Shown: positions 11,570 to 19,570 of the stretch, one piece after another
How the letters are laid out: each line of letters opens with the position of its first letter
How positions within the stretch are numbered: position 1 is the stretch's first letter
NCBI GenBank assembly: GCA_049472315.1
Contig: JBLIRN010000037.1
Span: 1 to 28,956, forward strand
Direction of reading: 5' to 3'
Source: a bacterium
GTDB taxonomy: Bacteria > SZUA-182 > DTGQ01 > JAFGSM01
Length of the DNA: 28,956 nt
Notes under the pieces: model-generated
Told to the model about the DNA's origin: nothing
Database searches by the model: none
Seen by the model: only the letters and a program-made list of their open reading frames with translations
Translations under genes and position numbers: made by a program

Positions 11570-11676
11570 CTTTATATGCAGCCCCATACTTTGTATGGAA
11601 GTTCCGGGGGGGCTACGAGACGCTGTCCGGGAATGTGTATCCGGGTTGCTTGTGAAAGGGAGATGGCTGGGGGAGC

Positions 11677-12681
11677 ATGTGCGCCGGGTTTGAACAAATC
11701 CTTTTGAGGGGGAGGCTGGTGCGTCCGGCGCTTGTGTGCGCCCCCATGTGCGGTCTTACCCACTCTGCATTCAGGAGGCTGGTCGCTGATTTCGGCGGGT
11801 ACGGAGCGCTGTTCACCGAGATGCTCTCCGGTGATGCCGTGCTCCATGAGAATGTCCGCAGTTCACCCTTCACGAAACGGCGGGCAAGTGAAGGTCTTGT
11901 CATATATCAGCTCCTGCTTTCCGGAAAGGAACCCATTGCCTCGATCATTGAACGTCTCGAGCAGGTGGAGCCTGCGGCCATCGACCTCAACCTGGCCTGC
12001 CCTGCGCCGTTGATCCGCAAGAGCGGCAGGGGGATGTCCCTTTTTGACGATCTGGAACGGCTCCGCCGTGTGCTCGGGGATATCCGCTCCTCATGGCGGG
12101 GCATCTTGACTGTAAAGTGTCGCCTGGGGCACGATCCCGAAACATGGCAGCGGCATTTCGAAAAAAGACTCCGGCTCTTCGAGGGGTTCGAGGTGGATGC
12201 CCTGCATGTGCACCCGCGTTTTTTCGGTGAGAAGCTCAAACGGACCGCCCGGCACCATTTGGTGGGATGGATTGTACGGAATACCAGCATCCCCGTGGTG
12301 GTAAACGGGGATATTACCCCGGAGAAGCTTCGGGGTAACGACGGATTTCCCGCTGATGGGGTGAGCGGCATCATGCTTGGCAGGATGGTGGCGGTCAAGC
12401 CATGGGTATTCCTGGAGTGCCTCGGGCAGAGACCTGATGTGGACTATGCCGAGGTATGGGGGCGGTTTTATACGTACGTGTTGGAGGACTTTCTCCCTGA
12501 GCGGGCGATCGGGAGGATCAAGGAATTCTCGGCATACTACGCCCGTAATTTCTTCTATGGCCATGAGTTTCTCAAGGGGATTCAGAATGCATCAACCATC
12601 GAGGAGGCCTATGAGAAGGGCATGCGGTTCCTTGACGCCCGACCTCGTATCGTGGCACAACCCTCGGTGGCCGGTATTTGA
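11677..12681 (+). CDS. tRNA-dihydrouridine synthase (Dus) family flavoprotein
   Basis: APMCGLTHSAFR, FTEM, IDLNLACP (catalytic Cys), TVKCRLG, HVHPR, IPVVVNGDI, GIMLGR. Subfamily not assignable. Confidence 0.92.
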   Translation: MCAGFEQILLRGRLVRPALVCAPMCGLTHSAFRRLVADFGGYGALFTEMLSGDAVLHENVRSSPFTKRRASEGLVIYQLLLSGKEPIASIIERLEQVEPAAIDLNLACPAPLIRKSGRGMSLFDDLERLRRVLGDIRSSWRGILTVKCRLGHDPETWQRHFEKRLRLFEGFEVDALHVHPRFFGEKLKRTARHHLVGWIVRNTSIPVVVNGDITPEKLRGNDGFPADGVSGIMLGRMVAVKPWVFLECLGQRPDVDYAEVWGRFYTYVLEDFLPERAIGRIKEFSAYYARNFFYGHEFLKGIQNASTIEEAYEKGMRFLDARPRIVAQPSVAGI

Positions 12682-12739
12682 CGGCACGGGGCAGGGGCAC
12701 CTTTACCCGTAAAAGATATGAATTCGATAGGAACCTTCC

Positions 12740-13024
12740 ATGAGTATACCTTCTTTCTCCTTATGCAGGCGATGGATTGCAGGCGCATGTCTCCTTTGTG
12801 TGCTTATTGTCGGCGAGGGGTGCTTGAGACGCAAATCCGGCGAGGAACTGGTGCATGAACGATGCACAGAGTGCCATATGCTCTTTGCCATCGAGGCTGC
12901 CCATAAAACGCGGCAGGAATGGGTGAGGACGGTTTCCCGCATGATACAGCATGGGGCACGGCTCGATAACCAAGAGATCGAGTCGGTGGTTGGCTACCTG
13001 ACTCGAACATACGGCCCGAAATAA
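12740..13024 (+). CDS. Small exported monoheme cytochrome c
   Basis: Hydrophobic N-terminus, CTECH heme motif (12863-12877), and W.RTVSRM..HGA.L...E...VVGYL..TYG pattern of small class I/QHNDH-alpha-like heme domains. Confidence 0.85.
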   Translation: MSIPSFSLCRRWIAGACLLCVLIVGEGCLRRKSGEELVHERCTECHMLFAIEAAHKTRQEWVRTVSRMIQHGARLDNQEIESVVGYLTRTYGPK

Positions 13025-13061
13025 ACCGAATGATGCGGTGTTGTGTTCGACCTCCGGCTCG

Positions 13062-13106
13062 TCTTGATCTCCTTAATTTGATCTCCTTAATAGACCGGGA
13101 TCAAGA
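13062..13106. repeat. 14 bp tandem duplication within an 8 bp inverted repeat
   Basis: TTGATCTCCTTAAT twice (13064-13077, 13078-13091), flanked by TCTTGATC...GATCAAGA. Confidence 0.7.
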
Positions 13107-13484
13107 AGGACGTTATGATGAGCATGAGATACACCAACAATACCCACCATAGGGATTTTTCCTTGAGCATATGCGTATTCTCCTCAATTGCACACGGCAC
13201 AATTGCATTATTGAAGGTTGTATGGACTGTTTTGCAGGTGATGCTTCACAAAGACCTCTGTTATGCGGACCGTATGCTGCATTCAGCATGCCAGATCGTG
13301 CGACTGCCTCTTGCATCACTCTTGACAAGGGATTGCACTTACATCCCGAGGTACGTGGCATCCCCCGCAGTGGTCTTTTTATTACTTTTTGACAACAAAA
13401 ATGTGCATTAGGGTTGCATGAGGGGGCTGTTTATTGCACTGTCGCTGCGGGGTTTCATTGATTTTCGATGGAAGGCCTTCATGG

Positions 13485-13952
13485 TCACTCTTCAGGGGTG
13501 TTGCACTCTCCATCGCGGGCATGGACCCCGCTTCGAAGCCGGCGTATACTGTTCTCGAGGAGTTGCACCCCGGTGAGGACCGCGACCGTGAATGCCGAGA
13601 GCGCGATTGCTGCGGAGAAGTATCCGAATCCGATCGTTGCCCCGATCCCGGCAAGCACCCAGATAACCGCTGCAGACGTCACTCCCTTCACCAGCCCTTC
13701 ACGGGCGATGATTACCCCTGCACCAAGGAACCCGATGCCCGTTACCACCTGTCCGAGGACACGGGTGGGATCGACGGTGGGCCCCCTGAAGGCGGTGCTG
13801 AGATGGACGAACACGCTCGTACCAACACAGATGAGGATGCTCGTGCGTATCCCTGCGGGCTTGCCCCGAATCTGGCGCTCAAAACCGATGATGCCTCCGC
13901 ACAGGGCGGAGACGCCGATCAATATCCAGAATGTTGTTGTGATAGGGTTCAT
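13485..13952 (-). CDS. MgtC/SapB family membrane protein
   Basis: GGIIGFERQ..GKPAGIRT, DPTRVLGQVVTGIGFLGAGVI, GVTSAAVIW..AGIG; RBS-like GGGGAAGGG upstream. Confidence 0.95.
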   Translation of the reverse strand: MNPITTTFWILIGVSALCGGIIGFERQIRGKPAGIRTSILICVGTSVFVHLSTAFRGPTVDPTRVLGQVVTGIGFLGAGVIIAREGLVKGVTSAAVIWVLAGIGATIGFGYFSAAIALSAFTVAVLTGVQLLENSIRRLRSGVHARDGECNTPEE

Positions 13953-14464
13953 CCAGTTCCCTTCCCCATGAAGTCATGTCCATCTTCTTCAACCCCCAGG
14001 CCGTTATTGGTAGGGGTTGATATATATTGTATCGACCCTTTTTGATTTCTGGTCCGCCGCCATCTGAAGGGAGACATTCCTATGCCGTTAACCAAAAGGC
14101 ATTTTCAAAAGAGACCTGAAACTCGAAATTCCTTATTGCTTACAGCAGGCCAACCTCTATAAGAAAGTATAAGGAAGAGTTTGAGATGCCATCGGTTTTT
14201 CGATATGAACAAATATAATTTTGTACCTTCATATACCCTGCGGCTTGCAGCAGAGTGAAGGTGATGGAGTGAACGGGAGAACGGGACAATCCGGACAATG
14301 AATCGGGGCAGAAGTGCCGAAAAAAAAGAGGAGAAAGGATTCCGAAACACTCGTCTGCATGCGGAATCTCGCTCGAATGTGAGTGGTCAAATACCAGGCG
14401 ATTTTTCATTCGGCATTGAAGCTGAGACTACACATGAGGCATTCCTGGGAGATAGAGGAGAAAG

Positions 14465-16831
14465 ATGGAAGATCCCCACAACAATCGCATTATGTGTATT
14501 CTAAATAGCCTGATCAGTAATCCTGTTGCTGTCCTGGTTCTTGCCATATCCTTCAGCCTTTTTATCCTATCGATTGAGTGCGTAAAGGATTTTTTGGTCT
14601 TCATGAGCACCAGGACACGTCTTCCACTGCATGATATCCTCTACTGCAGCATATATCTGTTGATATGCCTCTTTTTCTTTTTAACCTACATCCGGTTCAG
14701 GGAGACCATAAAGGGACAGAAACGGCTGGAAAACATTATCCGGTCAATCGGGCCCGATGTACTCCTGGTCACGGATGCGGGTGGTAGGATCCTGGGATCA
14801 AACAGCTCGCTGGAGCGGGTTTTCGGTTATTGTATCGATGAGATAAGGAATAAAGAGGCAGCCCTGTTATTTGACGAGAAAAACTCGTGTGTGAGATGTC
14901 CTGCAGAAGAAGATACTCATCTAAAAAAGGATGAAGGATATACCCGCTTGGCCTTCGGCAAGAAAAAGAACGGGGAGATATTCCCTGTCGAGGTCATTCA
15001 GGGGACGCTGGAGGGAGAAGGAGGATCTGTCTTATTGTTGCGGGACATTACCGAACGTAAAAAGGCCGAGGAGGCCCTGCTGCAATACAAGGGTGAGTTG
15101 GAAGTCCGAGTGGAGGAACGTACCTCCGAACTGAAAAGCCTCACCGAAAAACTTACCGGAGAGATTGATGAAAAAAGGCGCATAGAGAAGGATTTGAGGA
15201 GATCCGAAGAGAAGCTCACCATACTGTTCGAGTATGCCCCTATCGCCTATTTTTTGAATGATATCCACGGGAATATCCTTGAGGCCAATAGGGTGGGGAA
15301 AAAGATGCTCAACATTAATGGAGAGGGTTTTTTGGATAGGAATATCCTGAAATTGACCCTTAAATCCGAGAATGACATACGAAGGATTTACAGGATCCTG
15401 GCACGAAATGCCGTCGGGGAGCCCACCGGCCCTGATGAGTTTACCTTCGCCAACAAGGCCGGGCAATACGTTACGGTGGAATTGATGACGTATCCCGTCA
15501 AAATCGCTCATCAAATGTTTGTTTTAAGCACTGCCCAGGATATTACGGAACACAAACGTATGGAAAACAAGAACAGGAAATTGCAGGTCCAGTTGTTCCA
15601 GTCTCAGAAGATGGAGGCCATGGGAAGAATGATCGGCACGATTGCCCATGATTTCAATGAGTTATTGGCACCGATACGGGGGTGTTTGGAAGGGTTTTTG
15701 CGCAATCCGGAGAATGACGAGCCAATACATCACAATCTGCACGAAATCTATGATGCCGCAATCGGGGCAACGAATCTTGCACAGCAATTGCTCTTCTTCA
15801 GCGGATGTCAGCCGGTGGAAAAGACCATACTCGATTTGAACGGGACCATCATCAGTCTACGGGAGATGCTGAACTGCATCGTAGGCAAAGCCATAACCAT
15901 TCACACCGATCTCATGCCGGGTCTGTCGAGAATCAGGGCGAATCAGGAGATCATCGAGCACATGATCATGAGCTTGATGATCAATGCACGGGACGCCATG
16001 AGCACAGGGGGGAGGATCACCTTAAAGACAGAAGATATATGTCTTGATCAATCGGTATGCGCAACGATTTCCAATGCACGCCCCGGTGCGTATGTGCGCC
16101 TGACCATACGGGATACCGGCATGGGTATGGATGAAAAAACGCTCCAGTGCATCTTTGAACCCTTCTTCAGCACCAAGCAATCGGAACGGAAGAGGGGGCT
16201 GGGCCTGGCAGCGGTTTATGGCATTGTCAAACAGCATGGCGGGTGGATCAATGTGGCAAGCGAGCTTGATGTGGGAACAACCTTTACCATCTACCTGCCT
16301 ACCCTGGTGCATGATATCCGTCAAGAGGGCACCACGAAGGACTCCGGGAAGACATTGAAAGGCCACGGCGAGCATATCCTGCTCGTGGAAGACAATAAAG
16401 CGGTGTACCAATTTGTTATGACTGCCCTCATGGATCATGGGTATGTAATGTTTGAGGCAGAGGGCATCCGCGAGGCATTGGAGATCCTTTCCAAAAAGGG
16501 AAAACGGATCGATCTGATCATCTGCAATACCCATCTTCCCGATGGAACGGGAGTCGATTTGGCTGGGCAGGTTGCCGAGTGCTATCCGGATACCGCGATT
16601 CTCCTGAGCGGTGAGGCCAATGAGCAGGACCCCCGACTCCGGGCTGTCGATGAAAGGGGCTATCCGTTCGTTCAAAGGCCCTATGATGTAGTGAAGCTGC
16701 TCGGAATGATCAGACAGCTATTGGATGGAAGAGCGAAGGGGCAATCAGGCACGAGGGATGCCAAGCGGTCCAAGAGGAAGGCTCGATCAAATCGAGATAA
16801 GGCAGCGGCGCCTTCAGGTTGTGCACATTAG
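14465..16831 (+). CDS. Membrane-bound PAS hybrid histidine kinase with degenerate (Asp-less) receiver
   Basis: RBS GAGGAG; 2 TM helices, two PAS domains, coiled coil, H-box AHDFNELL, NARDAM, DTGMGM, FEPFFSTK. Receiver reads LIICNTHLP and QRP. Confidence 0.93.
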   Translation: MEDPHNNRIMCILNSLISNPVAVLVLAISFSLFILSIECVKDFLVFMSTRTRLPLHDILYCSIYLLICLFFFLTYIRFRETIKGQKRLENIIRSIGPDVLLVTDAGGRILGSNSSLERVFGYCIDEIRNKEAALLFDEKNSCVRCPAEEDTHLKKDEGYTRLAFGKKKNGEIFPVEVIQGTLEGEGGSVLLLRDITERKKAEEALLQYKGELEVRVEERTSELKSLTEKLTGEIDEKRRIEKDLRRSEEKLTILFEYAPIAYFLNDIHGNILEANRVGKKMLNINGEGFLDRNILKLTLKSENDIRRIYRILARNAVGEPTGPDEFTFANKAGQYVTVELMTYPVKIAHQMFVLSTAQDITEHKRMENKNRKLQVQLFQSQKMEAMGRMIGTIAHDFNELLAPIRGCLEGFLRNPENDEPIHHNLHEIYDAAIGATNLAQQLLFFSGCQPVEKTILDLNGTIISLREMLNCIVGKAITIHTDLMPGLSRIRANQEIIEHMIMSLMINARDAMSTGGRITLKTEDICLDQSVCATISNARPGAYVRLTIRDTGMGMDEKTLQCIFEPFFSTKQSERKRGLGLAAVYGIVKQHGGWINVASELDVGTTFTIYLPTLVHDIRQEGTTKDSGKTLKGHGEHILLVEDNKAVYQFVMTALMDHGYVMFEAEGIREALEILSKKGKRIDLIICNTHLPDGTGVDLAGQVAECYPDTAILLSGEANEQDPRLRAVDERGYPFVQRPYDVVKLLGMIRQLLDGRAKGQSGTRDAKRSKRKARSNRDKAAAPSGCAH

Positions 16832-16959
16832 GATCTCCTACAATATATTGAGCTGTTACCTCAACAGGGTTGCCGCTGATACCCTTCCTTCGCACCTGCC
16901 TCATTCTATGGTTTTTGCGTATCCGTGTGGATCAGGCGATCCCATGGGCAAGTATGACG

Positions 16960-18081
16960 CTATTCGGAGGCGCCCTTTTTTGACAGCTCTGATCTGAACT
17001 CATCGAGCGCGGTCCGGATGGGAATGGCGAATCCGAGCCCTTCGAACCTTCTGGTCAGTTCCTTGAACGTATTGATGCCGATCACCTCTCCATCCTTGGT
17101 AATGAGCGGGCCTCCGCTGTTTCCGGGATAGATCTTCGCATCCGTCTTGATGAATCCCCCCTCAAGGCCTGCAATGATCCCCTTGGACACCGAATTTCTG
17201 AGCATGGCGGGATTTCCGATGGCATACACCGGTTCTCCGGGGGGTATCCCCCTGGGATCGGCGGGTTTCAGGAACGGCGTCCTGTATCCGTCGAGCCTGA
17301 GAAGCGCCAGATCATGCGCCCTGCTCGTGGATATCAGATAGACATCCAGCTCGGTATCGTCCGCCGCAATGATCTTGAAGTGGCGGGTCATCTCCGCAAG
17401 GATACTGTCACGGGTGTAGGAGGAAATCTTCCCCTCGATCTCCTCCTTCTTTTCCCTGAATGCCCGCCTTCGCTCCCCGAAGTCCCTCTCCCATTCCTCA
17501 TATCTCTCCATCTGGAATGCGTACTGCTCCAGTTTGTGCCGTTTTTCAGGCGAATTCGGCTGGGAATCAATGCGCTCCTTACTGGCATCGAGCATTGCCT
17601 TTGCCTTCTTCAGCTCTTCATCCTCCTGATCAAATTTTTTCGTGATCCTCCTGATTTCCTCCTCGATGGATTCGATCCGCCCCTTCTCGATGTCCCTCTC
17701 CTGCTCGTCACCTTTCAGAACATGTTTGTTGGTGATGATATACCCGTCATCGGTGACAAAGAACCCTGAGCCATACCCGATCAAGGACTTCACTGCCACC
17801 ACGCTGCAGGTGGCCCGTTCGATCCCGTTTCGTTGAGGAAGCTTTGCGGAGAGCTGTGCATGAAGGTCCTTGATTGCGGTTTCGTTTTCCAAGGTCTTTT
17901 CAACGGATTCACTTCCTTCAGGCAGGTCGAGCGGGCTGTCGGTAAAGCACCACACCCCGTGCTCGTCCTTGTACCGATAGATTTCAGCCGCGGCATGGGG
18001 TGAGCCGCACATCAGGCTACAGAGAAGGAAAATGGCGATGTATGTGATGGAGGGAATTTTCATCATGGAAGGCTTTATCAA
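16960..18081 (-). CDS. Exported trypsin-like (HtrA-type, no PDZ) serine protease with DUF4124-like N-terminus and coiled-coil insert
   Basis: Signal peptide, EIYRYKDEHGVWCFTDSP, GSGFFV, TNKHV, DLALL, IGNP, GNSGGPL, GLGFAIP. The start could instead be ATG 18066 or 18063. Confidence 0.92.
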   Translation of the reverse strand: MIKPSMMKIPSITYIAIFLLCSLMCGSPHAAAEIYRYKDEHGVWCFTDSPLDLPEGSESVEKTLENETAIKDLHAQLSAKLPQRNGIERATCSVVAVKSLIGYGSGFFVTDDGYIITNKHVLKGDEQERDIEKGRIESIEEEIRRITKKFDQEDEELKKAKAMLDASKERIDSQPNSPEKRHKLEQYAFQMERYEEWERDFGERRRAFREKKEEIEGKISSYTRDSILAEMTRHFKIIAADDTELDVYLISTSRAHDLALLRLDGYRTPFLKPADPRGIPPGEPVYAIGNPAMLRNSVSKGIIAGLEGGFIKTDAKIYPGNSGGPLITKDGEVIGINTFKELTRRFEGLGFAIPIRTALDEFRSELSKKGASE

Positions 18082-18101
18082 CTCCTTATTCTCTCAGGCA
18101 T

Positions 18102-19040
18102 TCAGTAAAGGATGGAAAGACCGGCGCAGGGGCCGTTCAGACTCACGGTGTTGGCGGAAAGCCACCGATACCCTGCCTGAAGCATTACATACCGTTTGCT
18201 CAGAAAAAAAACGAGTGTGTAATCCTCAATGGTATTATCATTGATTTCCGCCCATCCGGGCCTGAATTCCATGCCCCATCCCTTCGATGAATGCCAATGC
18301 AGGGGAGTCGTTACTGAAAATCCTGAATTTTTCTCATCTCCCTCTATGCTCATTACGCCGACCCCTACATCAATCCCCTCATTTCTTATAAAGGACATGC
18401 GATAGAGAACGTGAAACTGGGTGATGTGCAGTGTATCGTCAGGCTCCTTTTCTCTGTAACTCGTATGCCGGTATTGCACGGCTAAGGGACCTTTCCCCAA
18501 TTCAAAACGGGCATCGATCGCCTCAACATCCGATTCGACATGCTGATAGGACATATCGAGCCTGAGCATGGTGATGAGAGGCTCCCCGGTCGAGTATATC
18601 GGAGGTGGAGCCTTTGGTGTGTCGGTGTCCATAGATGTTGTCTGGATTTGAGCCATGGTATTCGTCCCTGCCGTTGGGTATGGCGGAGGCGCGACCTCTG
18701 GTGCGCTGGGTTCCGAAGATGTTGTTTGGTCTGGAGCCAGACTATTTGTCCCTCCTTCGTTCATTGCGTTTATAAATTCACCCACTACTTCTTTAAAGCA
18801 CCCCGACGAAATGCACCCGGAAAGACACTCCCCCAGCATTTCCTTGCCAAGGTCTCCTTTTCCCTCATTATCTGCGTGATAACATGTATTCGGGGTGTAC
18901 GTTGTCTTTTGGGGGTTCGTTCGTATCTCCTGCTCGAAATCATCGAGCGTCCCCGCATGGATTGTGCCCGGGGAGATCAGCATGCTCATGACGATAAGGA
19001 CACAGCATGCCATTGTTTTTTTCCAACCGCTATTTTCCAT
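18102..19040 (-). CDS. Exported hypothetical protein, probable C-terminal outer-membrane beta-barrel
   Basis: Signal peptide ending IHA, Cys-rich segment, Pro/Thr linker, amphipathic beta-strands ending QAGYRW..GPCAGLSILY with a terminal aromatic residue. 20 bp from the protease gene. Confidence 0.75.
   Translation of the reverse strand: MENSGWKKTMACCVLIVMSMLISPGTIHAGTLDDFEQEIRTNPQKTTYTPNTCYHADNEGKGDLGKEMLGECLSGCISSGCFKEVVGEFINAMNEGGTNSLAPDQTTSSEPSAPEVAPPPYPTAGTNTMAQIQTTSMDTDTPKAPPPIYSTGEPLITMLRLDMSYQHVESDVEAIDARFELGKGPLAVQYRHTSYREKEPDDTLHITQFHVLYRMSFIRNEGIDVGVGVMSIEGDEKNSGFSVTTPLHWHSSKGWGMEFRPGWAEINDNTIEDYTLVFFLSKRYVMLQAGYRWLSANTVSLNGPCAGLSILY
18586..18753 (-). repeat. Intragenic 2 x 84 bp (28 aa) Pro/Thr-rich tandem repeat
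   Basis: GTNSLAPDQTTSSEPSAPEVAPPPYPTA / GTNTMAQIQTTSMDTDTPKAPPPIYSTG; the DNA aligns without gaps at period 84. Confidence 0.85.
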
Positions 19041-19174
19041 GCATCACACCCTTATACAGATAATCATCAACCGATGCCCCATAAGATGATCCGACACATG
19101 ATTTCATTCAGTTTTCAATCAGTTCAGGACATAGTTACTTATCGGCAGAAAGAAAGGCCGCAGGCGATAATAAC

Positions 19175-19323
19175 CATGACGGGTCCTCTGGAAAGCTACA
19201 GGGGCATCCTCGCACCTCGGGGTCGCATGCCGTGATTTTCCCTCGGGTATACTCCGCACCCCTTGGGGCGTCGTAAAAGACCTTTCATCTGATAACCCGC
19301 TGCTTGCAGTGTGCTAATTCATT
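19175..19323 (-). repeat. Degenerate palindromic REP/MITE-like element, possibly derived from IS200/IS605 ends
   Basis: Minus strand reads AATGAATTAGCACACTGCAAGCAGCGGGTTATC...ACGCCCCAAGGGGTGCGGAGT. This resembles a CCCCGCAGCAAGCTGCGGGG-type intergenic palindrome family recalled from other genomes, not verified by search. Confidence 0.45.
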
Positions 19324-19570
19324 GCAGGGCATCTTTACAGGTGGAGAAAAAGGGAATATCCTATGACACATTATAGAGAGCCGCGGATCACGAAGTCCCA
19401 ATCTTACGGGAGATCGAATTCCGGTCTTCATCCGCATGCGAATGTCCTTCGGATCGTTCTCGGCCTGATGGGTCAAAGGCGATTCCGATTGGGACAGGCT
19501 TTGTGCAAAACGGATCTTCAGGCATCGGTTCTGTCGGGATAGGAAGGACCGCTGCACACAAGGGGGGACA

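Noticed and set aside
13115..13411. Short ORFs between the cytochrome and MgtC genes
   Set aside because: Several overlapping frames with no recognisable motif, and none clearly favoured.
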